Source: Dicyema japonicum (lineage: Eukaryota; Animalia; Dicyemida). From it: a DNA stretch of 64,000 nt. The position numbers and the translations under genes are program-made. This document shows, in pieces, positions 37,001 to 48,475 of the stretch. The notes below the pieces were generated by a model. It ran no database searches. It had not been told where the DNA came from and worked only from the letters and a program-made list of their open reading frames with translations. How positions within the stretch are numbered: the stretch's first letter is position 1; every line of letters begins with the position of its first letter. The stretch spans positions 878,227-942,226 of the forward strand of contig RDEW01000009.1 of assembly GCA_011109175.1 (NCBI GenBank), read 5' to 3'.

Positions 37001-37962
37001 GGTTCGCTTAAAATCCCCACTCTAAGCATTCCCAGTTTGATCAACTCCGCTGTAGTACCTAAAAGACGATGATCCTTCCAAATATGTCCTTCTATTAAAT
37101 TGATTACATGGATCTCCAATAATAAAGAGATTTTCTCCAATGAGGTCTATCTCCTTGTTGAGAATTCCTCTATTGATGTCGACCCAGGTCGAATTTAGAA
37201 GGATTTGAATAGTAAATGATTCATGGAATCTTTGTAGGGATCTTTCGACGTCTTGGGTATTTCGTTCGGTAAGGGAACTCCGCAAAATCTGTGGTTTGGA
37301 ATAATCTGCGGTCATAACTCTGTAACGATAAGAATAATGACAAACTCATTCCAGATGAACGACTTGGCCACAAATAATTTACTTTTTGATTTTATACTCA
37401 AATACCCCGTCGATTTATACATTTTCTAAATATCACGTGGAACTACATTTTTAAAGGCAGTCTCATTCCGTAGGTCGATCAATTGTCTCTTTAGGCTAAA
37501 TCAATTAAATATGTAACAAATATTAATGGAAAATATATACCTAATTAAATCTTGAGATAAATCCTTGTTAATCTTTAAATAAATCCAAGGAATTTTTATT
37601 TTTCTATTTTTAGATGTTTCGACCTAAAATAGATTATTTATTTTACTAAGTAATCGAACGGGCTTTCTATTTTTATAAGCCTCACAACTTCCCCAGAGTT
37701 GAGATTCTCCTAAAAATTAAGCAAAAGATGACCACAACCAAAGGGACAAGCAGAGAAAATAAGTCCATGTCTTTTGGGTTTTATAATCATAAGGCTGTGT
37801 TGGAAATTCAGATAACTCAAGCTGTGACAACTCGGTTAAACAATTAGTGATTGTCTTTATAAATAAAAATACATTTAAATCAGTTTTTTGAGTTTTATTG
37901 TTTTTTAGTAAATCGTTAATTTCGGTTTTTATTCTTTCCAAAACACCCAAATACTTTTTCAC
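28078..37962 (-). CDS. MACF1: Spectraplakin (MACF1/dystonin/Shot-like): spectrin-like exons, EF-hands and GAS2 domain; the 5' end is not located
   Basis: DFQAWRTRYLSWLKEKKLRILDFYRKND...GRITRERF, EELSKCVCSRRVEY, VRVGGGWQLLSDYMEGVDPCR; upstream helical exons with WL motifs at 28.8-30.5 kb and 33-35.4 kb; 22-24 nt introns; exon boundaries upstream of 30.5 kb are approximate and some frameshifts are unresolved. Confidence 0.85.
30596..33002 (+). mobile_element. RTE-clade LINE, antisense within a spectraplakin intron; intact APE ORF, RT core deleted, (TAA)n tail
   Basis: ORF 30743-32164: TFNARGL, CLQETK, NVYAPH, GDWNAK, NQIDYIL, SDHKIV; it jumps to IVYADDVDF at about 32175; C-terminus ARWRLFGHILR, FRGRPRITL; TAATAATAA tail. 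Confidence 0.92.
35800..37140 (-). CDS. Large uninterrupted 446-codon exon, probably a divergent plakin-repeat region of the spectraplakin
   Basis: Same strand as, and located between, helical exons; weak plectin-repeat-like segments (TEKTNLTVKEAL, QDTGESRPLIES, TTAELIKLGML); no TE motifs. Confidence 0.4.
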   Translation of the reverse strand: MEKISLLLEIHVINLIEGHIWKDHRLLGTTAELIKLGMLRVGILSEPQKNHFEVKISPNTEIQFCEIKQAFENNFLFWEDSDLFINCGDSQIFFEDCPTRILLKILPLNKKMSQMTRDPRGFSIFIDPLLFVNEDCVCSVQKAYAYKKISFDNLQEYLSTFITTVGGDMRYHKGWGSLCSLTFLNTLSFDQTRWITDNFVPDDLVTQSFALSVLRPIIDQRLLTEKTNLTVKEALMNISINMTYFTIQQDTGESRPLIESFGLKEDQWEEQTLNLFVELVSMAFFLKDIERLSTVCPWGVYCWDSESREMATFAYFARLNGYELKQENMEIKMLTKLVDKFGLSLAKRPCFVCTKDLLISDKIENLVLFKYKQVLSISNKSIFFKEFLNFVGNCQLFCDYNTKVAYYCQNNEEVFSFLNTFLSKITTEELSLENIATIKDLLEIDV

Positions 37963-38460
37963 TAAAGAAAACTACCTGAGAAGATTCTTCAATCATATTT
38001 AAATGACATTTGAAACACGTATCAAGACTGAGATAATTTTTCTGACAGTAATCAATCATTTTACCTCACTCAGCTGAGAATATATTTCATTTAAGTTTCT
38101 GATGTAACTAGAGATGCTTAATAAAATGATTTTCCATCTGAATAAAACCACAATTGCTTATTTAAAAAAATAATTTTATTAATTTAAATTAATTTTTATA
38201 CTGCAAAAATATTAAAAAATAACAATATTATTTTTTTAAATTAAATAAAATTGAGGTTAACTATAATATTCACAAGACCAATGTTTTGAAAAACAAAAGT
38301 TCACTCTTCCATGTTCCTCCAGAGATTATCCTGATAAACTCCATAATGTTGGGACTTCCGGATGTCTTCACAGATATCTGGTCATTTTTATTAAAAAATG
38401 ATAAGATCATAATCAGAATAGTACTTTGATAGTACAATGCTTATGGTTTCGATGTGTCTG

Positions 38461-39276
38461 TAATTATTGTTTATTATTATTAAACTTTCACGAGAGCCAT
38501 AATATTTATAGCCCAGCTTGTGCAGCAAAAAATATTAAAAAAAAGAATTAGCCTGCTTCAGGCTTTTCTGTTATTAGCCAAATCCCTCAGTGTGTCCAGG
38601 TCGTCACCAGATGGCAATGTTTTCTTTTTTCCTTTAAGATCGTATTGTTAAATGACCGGGAGGGTTGTTCTTGGTCTACCACGAAAGCGTTTTGCATAAG
38701 AGGAGTAGTAATCTTCCATGGCGATTTTCGGTGGGGATGTCGGGTCCAACCTCAGGACGTGTCCAAAGAGTCTCCAACTAGAGCTTGTGATCTCGAGACT
38801 TAATGGTGTACAGTCACACATATTGTACAGTCCGCGAGATCTTGGATGGCCAAGACATTACAGTTATGTTTCTTAGATGATTCCTGTAAAACGAGTCCAA
38901 TTCCTCTTTTGAGGTGGCCCAGGTCCCAGAGTTGTATAGGAGGATTAGTTTGATAAAGATTTGTATACAATTATCCTTTGTTTTATGTTGTTCCTTTTCT
39001 GTTTTAGCCATAGGTTTTTCAACCTGCGTTTGTCATGGTTTTTCGCCGTATATCTTCACTATCTTCTAATAGGGAGCCAAGTTTCTTTGTGTGTCTCTAT
39101 TTCTCTTCGAGAGAGTTATTCATTCGTCTTATTTCTGTTCGTTCTGTTTTCCCTGTTCACAGTGAGAAACATATCCCAAGTATATCTGGTGCTTTTCTAG
39201 TACATGTTCCAGGAGTTCTTTGTCTTCGGAGATTAGGTCAACATTATCAGCATAAATCACTTCTATTTTTCCTTGG
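38461..39276 (-). mobile_element. RTE-clade LINE 3' fragment with an intact 3' UTR and (TAA)n tail
   Basis: IEVIYADNVDL, YNSGTWA, WRLFGHVLR and FRGRPRTTLP; tail at 38461-38482. Confidence 0.88.
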
Positions 39277-39290
39277 TACAGTGCAACTAT

Positions 39291-39610
39291 GCCGGGTGGC
39301 ATAGTGGTTGGTGTCGGGCTTAAGTGACTTAGGTTACGGGTTCGAATCTCGATGCTGTTCACCTAGTGGAAGGTTCCACACATCTACAATGCCAAAAGGG
39401 TTTGACGAGTGACGCCGTCATCAGTGGATATTCATTGCGGAACTTGATTGTCTAGAAAGGACTCACACACCTGAAAAAGAAAAAAGAAGTGAAGATCATT
39501 CCTTGGTTCTACGATTAGTTAAAATTAACTGTTCTTTACTTAGATAAAGTGTGTGTCCTGCCTATGCGGATCTATAAATATTATGGCTCTCGTGAAAAGA
39601 CTATTATTAT
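39291..39610 (+). mobile_element. Full-length tRNA-derived SINE with an RTE-type 3' tail
   Basis: A box TGGCATAGTGG and B box GGTTCGAATC; TSD TACAGTGCAAC at 39277-39287 and 39611-39621. Confidence 0.9.
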
Positions 39611-41338
39611 TACAGTGCAACCTTTATTTGGGGCGGACCTCCTCATTGGGGCACATCTATTTTTTTTAAATTTGGAAATTACCTGAACCTCTTAGTGGGG
39701 CACATAATTTTTTTAATTCATATAAAGTCTTGTAATTAACATTATTTAATTATATAAAATTTTCTTCAAATTCACGTGCTAGATTTGCGTTTTTTGTTGT
39801 CATGGGGAGGAAGAAAACTCTGGAGTTAAAGCTTAGAATTGCCCAAGAAATCAACGAAAAATTGTTTCATGAGCGAACGAGATATTGTCAAAAAGTACAC
39901 AATTGGTAAAGGTTATCTGATAATTCTATTGTTTAGGAGCAGTATCTAGAATTTCACAGAGAAGAGACAGTCTGTCACAGAAATTCGATAAAATTGTTTA
40001 TGAATGCTTTTTTAAAGCAAGTGAAGAATTTATTCTCGTTTCAGGACCTATTCTTAAAAAACATTGCTATAAAAGTAGCTAGGAATTTGAACTATACCTC
40101 ATTCAGAGGTTCGAATGGTTGGCTTGAAAAATTTAAGAAAAGACACAATTTGTCATTTAAGACAATAAATGATGAAAAAATTCGAGTGATATTTCTTGAC
40201 TTGGAATTTTTTTTGATAAGTACGATGACTATGTTAATAACTCTGGCATTGAAATTATTTTCATATGGGATGAAACGGGATTGTACATTAAAAGAATAAT
40301 CATTTGTAACTTCAGATGAAGATTGTTTTGGAATTAAAAGAAGTAAAGAAAAGGTCACTATTTTTTTGTCGTTCAGTGCTTGTGGCGAAAAATTGAAACC
40401 ATTATTAATAGGAAAATATAAATCCCCACGTTGTATGAAAAAATTTAACCCTGAAGAGTACGGAGTTTTATATTCGTTTTCTAAAAATTGTAGGATGAAA
40501 TCTGATATATTTATTACTTGGTTGAACATTGTCAACGAAAAAATGATTCAACACAACCGAAAAATTTTCCTTTTGCTTGACAATGCAAGTTATCACAAGA
40601 ATAATCATTTTTCTAACATTGAGCTATTTTTTCTGTCAAAAAAGTGCAACATCATTAATTCAACCCTTAGATAGTTATTAAATCGTTCAAATCCAATTAT
40701 TTAAATAATTTGATGGATTTTACCATATCTTTTGAAGATGATAAGTTTACAATATCGAATTTAAAGCAAGTAAATCTCAGAAAAATAATCATTATTGTTG
40801 GGAAGACATGGCAACAAATACACTCTAAATCAATTACTAATTGCTGGAAGAAAATTGATGAATTTCGTTTTCAAACTCTCTCATTGGTGAATAATGAATT
40901 GGAGAGTTTAGATAACTTAAATAAAGATATACTGAAAATGAAGTAGAAAATGATGACGAGAATATATACGACGAAGTAAAATGTACCTATTTTCATTTGG
41001 AAACAATAACAGCGATGAATACTTTTGAAGATAACATTTTCAATTTGTTTTCTGAAGCTTTGAAAGATTATTATAATTTCAAAAAAATATTAGGAATGCA
41101 AATGAAAAAATCCGCAACCGGAGGGAAATTAACAGACTATTTTCCTATCGTTAAATAAATTTGTTTTTAATATAATTTTGAAAAATCTATAAAAAAAAAC
41201 ATTATTTATCTATAAGTTTAATAAAAAACAAATTTAAATTGTTAAACTGTGATCTAAAGAAAATGCCCAACCTCCATTTTTGGGAAAACCTCTGTTTTTG
41301 GGGCATTTTTTTAAATATGTGCCCCAAATCATACTGTA
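39611..41338 (+). mobile_element. pogo/Tigger element, near full length and degenerate (CENP-B HTH plus DDE_1)
   Basis: FRGSNGWLEKFKKRHN, KEKVTIF, KPLLIGKYKSPRC, LLLDNASYH and ITNCWKK; ends TA-CAGTG... and ...ATACTG-TA (41338). Confidence 0.9.
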
Positions 41339-41710
41339 CCATTATTATACTTTCCAAAAAACCAAATGGCTTCGTAAAAAGTAATTCCATTGAGAATCGT
41401 CCAGATATAGAAAAGTGTAAGATAAATAGTCTCAAAGAAGAAGCAGATTTATCAACTCTGTTGTGCTCTCAAAAATAGATGGAACATAAACTCCCTACTT
41501 GTCCATAGTAACAAAATTTTTGAAAATTATCCTACATCAGGAGGCCACCTTTTCGAATCGTATCGCTTTTAGAAGGCGCTTGCATGAAAGCAACACAGAA
41601 TTTTGTTTCAAGTCAATTCTTTTTAAGCTTTTTGGCTGCTTCATGCATGTGTAGTGGATCAGCTAATCTTTCTTAGATGGGATTGATTCATGGTGACATT
41701 ATTCCAATAA

Positions 41711-42090
41711 AAACGGTTCCCATTCAAAATGGCCTTTTTCAAAATGGCTTCCATTCAAAATGGCCTCCAAATAAATTTCTCAGGTTTTGGATAAGTTCAT
41801 CAATAGACATCACGAGATATTTTACCAAGGTCCTCGACATCTTTAGGTAAAAATTCATCTTTTTAAATCTTATAAAAATTGATTTTACCAAGGACCTTGA
41901 CATCTTTAGGTAAAAAAGTCATCTTTTTTAAATCTTATAAAAATTTATTTTAACGGGTCCTATGGGTAAGTGGAACATTTTACCATGGTCCTCGACATCT
42001 TTAGGTGAAAAAGTCATCTTTTTTAAATCTTATAAAAATTTATTTTAACGAGTCCTATGGGTTGATGGAACATTTTACCATGGTCCTCCG
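41711..42090. repeat. Short TTCAAAATGGC repeats followed by a tandem array of 60-95 bp units
   Basis: TTCAAAATGGC three times at 41723-41766; TTTTACCA(A/T)GG(T/A)CCT-type unit starts at about 41820, 41883, 41978 and 42074. Confidence 0.85.
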
Positions 42091-42240
42091 AACCCTATGA
42101 TTTTAAGATTCTAAGTGACTTCGAGGTAAAAATTAATTATATTTATCATAACTAAATTTAATGAATTATTATTTCTTTTAATTTCTTTTATTATAATAAA
42201 ACTTTTGAATAATTTAATTAATCATTTGATTCACTATTGC

Positions 42241-43100
42241 ATGGCGTTTCTCGTTAACCGAAAGGGAAATAGAAGTTTAGAACATGATGGAAATCTGTAC
42301 CATTGAGTGACCTCGGACCCTAGCTCTATTTCTCTCGACATTTAAAGAACGTTCTGACAAGAGTCCTTTGGAAACTCAAAACCTTTTAAACTGCTGGACC
42401 CAGCCTCACAGGAATGCGCAGCCGTCTTATACTGCTAGTTCTTAAATCCGACAATGGAGTAAGCCCGTGCCTCATGGGCTTTCGGAATTTCAATTTCAAA
42501 CTTCTACAAGATAAATTCCCTAAGAAAAAATGCTTAACTATTCCCTCATTACTCGAAATTTCGGCAATCCGAAACAATAATTACGGTTTCATCACTATCT
42601 GCGGCTCTGAGTCATCGCTTCTAACAATCATCAATATAAGACGCCGATACACGTAAATTGGAAAAAATACGCCTATTCAGAAAGGAACGTCGTGGATTAA
42701 GAAAAGCCGTGGGTACTGTGGAAAAGCACAGACAAGCTCTCGATTCAGTTGAGTTCGACCAGGAGGAAGTCAAAACGATGCTAGAAGTTCCCACCATTAA
42801 GAATTACTTTCGTAGTTTCCTCACCATGGTTATTTTAGTATTCCACGTATTACTGCTATTTTTAATTTATTGAGAACAGAATGGAACTGAAAAGTCAAAG
42901 GAAGCTTCTTGTCTCTGTATATTAGAGCTTACAAATGGTCTCTGGAATCATATAAGAATTCATATTTGAATGCAAATTATAATGAATAGGAGACAAAAAT
43001 ACTTAGAGTCGTCCATCAACACGTTTATTAGATGAATTTCACTTTGGTTTAGTATCTCTTCAAGAACCTTTACCAGCTTGTTTCTATTTATTATATCAAA
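42241..43100 (+). mobile_element. Probable Mutator-like (FLYWCH-MULE) transposase relic
   Basis: MAFLVNRKGNRSLEHDGNLYH resembles a FLYWCH start; later frames are only weakly MULE-like; many stops. Confidence 0.4.
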
Positions 43101-44009
43101 GCCACCCGAAAGGTATATCGCCCAGAATATTTATTTGCCTTCTGTATTTTTTCACAGAGCCACAGCGTCGACAGTTAACTGTCTGCATGAAATCCACTTT
43201 GGCTGGGGAGAGATATTCATCCACCTAGCCTATGTAGCCTTAGGTTTCCAGGTTTTTCTGTTGGAACTAGTAGCACTTAGCATAGAATGCCTAAATGTAA
43301 TGCATTACCATTCCATTAAAAAATTTTTTTCAAAAAATATAAATTTAATTTTACAATAGACCTGAACAGTTCAGCAGTTTTTCAGTAAGGTCCCGGGGAT
43401 TTACCAATATTGAGTTTAGACTTACAGACAGTGTTTCTTCAATTGTTATTTGGTACTTTTGTCTTTGGGTTATCTTTATCGGGATGTAGGAACAGGTCTT
43501 GTATAGTTTTGAGATAAGGGATTCCTTTCTTATGCCTATCCATGATTATGTGTCTTTCTGGGTTCGTCGAACTTTCTGCTCGTAGTCGTAGTTGTTACTG
43601 TAGAAGTTATAAATTTCGACTTGTTTGATCTCGTAGTCCCAATGACTTGCCTTGCTACATTTTTGATTATAGTGACTGTTTCCTTTTATCATTCTTAAAG
43701 ATATGTCTTCCAGTTGTTCCTGCTTTAGTCAGGGTGATCTTATATCTTTTTTGGGTTGTTTTATCATCAACCAGAGTCTCTACCGCCAATCTATCACATG
43801 CTCTTGTCTTCCGTTTATCGGAAATTCCAAAGGCACGTTTCATGCGACGTCAGAAAACTGTTGTAGGATTTCGTGTCAACTAGTAATCTTTTTTGGACTT
43901 GTTGGTTTCTTCTTGTCCCAGTCCATGTGCCAATGTACTTCACTGAGTGTTTTTTAATCGAAAAAACAGTTTAAATTAAATTAATTAAAAAATTATTCGA
44001 TAATAACTA

Positions 44010-44110
44010 GGACGACAGAATGGCGAAGGCGTATCCTCTGATAATCGCCATTTCGAGCCTCTGCCTTAACCAGATCAATAGGGTTGATCTGAGAGAAATT
44101 CGAAATTCAA
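44010..44110 (-). mobile_element. CRE-clade extreme 3' fragment
   Basis: WLRQRLEMAIIRGYAFAIL versus WLRQKIGIAILRGNSFAI in the 23088 copy. Confidence 0.7.
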
Positions 44111-45379
44111 GAATTTTGTTACTTGGAACCCGTCTTGATGTTCGATCAAACTACTTGATTAACAATCAAGGGAAGGGATTTTAATGAATTTCCTGCTCTT
44201 CCAGCCGCTTCGACGCGTAAAGTATATTTTCAAGTGGTTTCTTGACTCTGCGTTTGTGCTCGACAATCATACTTTCTAATGTTTTCCTTAACACTCATAG
44301 GAGACAAAAAATCACATTGAGTTTGATTGTCGACTCTACCAGTGATTGAATGAAAGCAGTACAAAATTGTCACTTTAAAAAGTATTTTAATGGTTCTGCC
44401 GTGGAAGAACTATTTTTTCGTAAAATTGAACAGAATAACCAGACAGTAATGGAATCCACATCAAGTCATTCTTCTGTTTAACTGCTATATTGGACTGGTT
44501 GAGTTCGAAGTAGTAGATTATGTTGAAGTGAATCTTAGTATTAGTCGAGTATTAAGGGATAATTATGATTACCTAATGTTGATAGTCATAGACCGGCTGT
44601 ACATGCCAGGTTATGTAAAATCAGGGTCTACATAATGTAGTCCGTATCCGTGAGACTTACTTGCTGTCTATGGTCCGGAAATTTAAGTATAAAGTAGTAA
44701 CACTGGAGAGGAAAATGGTAATGAGGAGTTAAGATGAACCCACTCTCAATATGGGGTTAATTGAAAAAAAGTATTAATGCGAAAAAAATGCACAACTACC
44801 AATGTAAAAGATCTTAATGGTCGTCTCTTGGACGCCTTAAGAATTTTCACGTGAATTTGAATGCGAGCTCCGTACAACTTCAGTTTGGAAACATAACAAA
44901 GGCGTTTATGACTTTTCTACTTTTTCTGTGGCATACTGGTTAGATAAATAGATCAAAGACGACTCAGGGGTCTCATCTGACTTTGATGATAATACAAAGT
45001 AGAGAGAATCATTCGAGGGTAATTGGTAAACATTAAAATATATTACTGAGAGTTTATCCTTGTATTTAACCAACTTGTGGGACTAAAATTATTGTGGAAA
45101 GTGGCGGTTAATTCGTATGTGGAAAAAGAATAAAAAATTAGATCAGAATTGACTAATAAAGTCCACATTAAAGAAAAAATAGATACAATAAACTCAAAAA
45201 TATCAGAATCAAAAGATTTATCCTTTTTAGTCCATTTCATGGCAAGAAATCACCGTAAAAGAAGAGCGGAAAATTTTGAGTCTGGACGTCGATATAAGTT
45301 ATTTTGGGTTTCAGAATTCTGTTGATTCCATTACTACCTGGAGATAACAGATAACATGATTTATTCGCAAAACCCCAAC

Positions 45380-46480
45380 TAACTAAACAAGGTAAGAGCC
45401 ATTAACTAAAGAGGAAAGCCAAGATTTGGGGTCGTCTATATCGGGGCACTCTCATGAGACACCGTATGTCTCTTCTCCGTAAAAAGCCCCAATTACAATG
45501 TGAGTTTCCACAAGCAATGTAATAAATCACCGATTCTTCTCGTTTTTCTTTCGTATTCGTCATCAATTTCAGATGCTAAATCCAATCCATGTAAGAGTTT
45601 AATTGCATAATTTCGACTGAAGTTAAAATCTTTAACTCTCCAGACTTTATCCATTTTACAAGGCATTTTCCATCTTGATTGGTTGTTACACAACCATAGT
45701 CAGTATGTTTAGTGTCCATGTACCCAACAAGTATTGGATATTCATTGTTTTCCATAAATTTGTCAACAATCCATGGATACTCTCGTAGTTTTTAGAATAT
45801 ATTCCTCCGATAGTTATCCATCCCATGGTTGTTTGTAGTTGAATGCTTGCTAGTTCACAAAGATCTTCTTCATTGATCGTGGGTAGTCTTGTATTTAAAG
45901 AAGTTTTGTAGTAAATTAAAGTTCCTGTTCCAGCACAAAAACCAGTCTTCCAAAAAATATCTAATGAGTCGTATCCATCAATTTTAAATGGTCTTTTCTT
46001 CAATTTAGTTTCGTTTATAATTAGAACCATCCATCTGGATCGTGCTGGCTATAGCAACCAGCACTGAGGCCCGTTTGCGAAGAGAACGGGCATAAATCAG
46101 GGTTATCCTGACTACTTCTGGTTTTTTCGGTGGCTGCCCTCTCTTCTTAAGAGCGCCACTCTTCTCTGTGTAGAAGCTTCTACTGTTTCTTTTTTAGAAG
46201 GTTTCTTATTATATATCCTATTCAGCCAGTTTTAATTTCTTATTCGTTCCAATTTTGGAAACTTCACTTTCTCCATTATGGGCATTTCTCGTTTTAGAGA
46301 TAATTTTCCATTCGATTCTTTCCTTTTTTGGTCAGTTTTGTTTTTCTTCGCTATGTTAGCTTCAGCAGACTTAGGGCATCTTCCATAATTGGCAAAGTGG
46401 CTGGATAAATGTTTGTAACCGGACACTGCGATCTTCTATGTGGACCAGAACAAACAAGGCGCTTATGAATAGAAAACTCT
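45380..46480 (-). mobile_element. jockey/I-like LINE: end of ORF1 (zinc knuckles) and APE start
   Basis: LVCSGPHRRSQCP and HFANYGRCP; INETKL and LASIQLQTTMGWITIGGIYS. Confidence 0.7.
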
Positions 46481-47089
46481 TTCTCTTAAAGAAAGTTTAT
46501 AGTGAAGCAAACCTATAGGAAATGGATGCTTCCCTCAGTGACATCTTTGATGAATATATGCGTACAAACTTTCGACTACGTATGTATGGAGGAAGTCGAC
46601 TGCGCATTTCAGGCCTGGTTTTGACTAAAAAAATTCTTAGTAAAAGGTTTATGGTTACCGGGCTATGTCTAGGTACAAGGAAAATTGTACCTACTGCATT
46701 AGGAAGATAAATGTTCTCCAGCGTGAAATTAGAAGGGCCTTGTGGAGCTGGAGAGTGAAAGGTGGAGGAACATCTATGAGAGGGTGAACCTTACATGGAC
46801 GGACCAAAGGAAACACCTGGAGATCTTGTCGTAGAAGGGAGGATTAGTTTTCGCGTACTGTGTGTCGCTCAGATTCTTATAAAACCTGGAGACCAGAGAA
46901 AGTGATACCTGAGGTTAGCCCAGAAATGCATAATAAAAAACACCCTCCCTGACCTTCAGATGGGATTTTGTAAGGTACGATCCTGTGATGATTACCTTTG
47001 GAGGTTTACCTCTCAGATTCGCAACCAGAGAAAGATGAATGAGTACACTGTTTCTTTATGTTTTTACAATCAAAATTTAAAATATGTGG

Positions 47090-47300
47090 AATTGGAGATC
47101 GCATTCGTTTTGTACCGGTGGTAATTGACACGTCTGGTGTCGTAGAAAGTATCACAGCCTCTTTCCTGAAGGAAAACGAGGGAAAATTGGGTCATCGTAA
47201 GAATAAAGTGCGGGAAGCAGTTTGACCGAGGCAACGAATTGGGATTGCAGTTGTCAGAGGAAACGCTTACTCCATAATGTCAGTAGCTGCTCTTCGCTGT
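47090..47300 (+). mobile_element. CRE-clade 3' fragment
   Basis: GDRIRFVPVVIDTSGVV ... RQRIGIAVVRGNAYSIM. Confidence 0.75.
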
Positions 47301-47429
47301 TATTGTTAATAAATTTGCAAGATCTTTAGAAAACCGGGTTTTGATTCGTTATTGTTAATAAATTTGCATGATCCCCACCTTTTTTGATATATACATTTCA
47401 ACGGTACTTCACTCAGCCAGTGAGAACAG

Positions 47430-47900
47430 AAATGGCTGTATATGCTGATGACATCTGGGATCACTAGTGAAGACCAGATGTGACGTGTTGGAAGATGCAA
47501 GGCGCTGTTGATGAGATCATACGCTGGTGTGATAGAGAGAACTCAGGCATGAAAAGTACAGGTTATTAGATTTGGAGCCCTAAGCGGTATATTAATACCT
47601 AGTATAGAGTCATTGGGAGGATTAGGTACATTGGAGTGACTTTCAACTCCATGTGTAGTTTCCAGAAGCACAATCTTCGTAAAGAGTTGGCCTGTCCAAA
47701 AATTGGGTGCGATGAGGCCTATGCGCACCTACGATGTACACTCCTGGTATCACAGTGAGGAATGTGAAAATTGCCTTTAATATCTGAGGAATGTCCGGGG
47801 TCGTGCAATACGGTATTATTTAGGGATGTCTTATAGAGCCCCATTAACTGGTAGAGTATACAGAGATTTCAAGGACCTACAAAATGTAATAGAGAAGATC
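47430..47900 (+). mobile_element. LINE RT C-terminal relic
   Basis: VYADD, MQGAVDEIIRWC and RYIGVTF; many stops. Confidence 0.65.
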
Positions 47901-48354
47901 CTCCGTAAATACAGAATTCAGTAATAGGACATGACACGGGGAAGGCGAGAAGGGTGTCCCGAAAACGCTGCCACAAGGCTACGAAATGGACACAAAGTTA
48001 TCTTTCATAACTATTATTTCTATGCATAATAAAAAGTTAAACGCTAAAAAAGTCCTTATAATCGATTGACAATTCCATGATGCTTACAGATCAAACTTTC
48101 AAAAAATAACTTTAACTGTGAAAATTAACTATAATTTTCACTAGAGCGTATTTTTCGCTCTCATGTGAATTCTCAACTTTAAGTAACCTGTGAGACATGA
48201 TTACCAAAGTTTCATGCATCTAGGATACTTCAAGGCTTTACGAGTAACACTGTCGTTAGGTGATCTATTACAGAACCCGTTAAATAATAACTGATTTTCT
48301 AAAAAGAGCCGACAGTGTTTGATGCTCTTCATTTTTGTCTGAAGTAGTAGTTTA

Positions 48355-48475
48355 TATAATACTGCATTTTACGGGGAGCCTTATTAGCTATTGCTCCTTC
48401 CTGGTTGGATCCACACTTTATTTTAAGTAAAGAACAGTTATCATAACTAATCGATGAGGGAAAATCAAAGAATGA
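48355..48475 (-). mobile_element. 3' fragment of the SINE family
   Basis: Reverse complement GATTAGTTATGATAACTGTTCTTTACTTAAAATAAAGTGTG matches the other SINE copies; tail resembles the 10398 copy. Confidence 0.75.

Noticed and set aside
43380-43960. Upstream spectraplakin exons (CH or plakin domain)
   Set aside because: All minus-strand frames have stops and no CH or SH3 motif; more like a LINE ORF1 relic, but unsupported.
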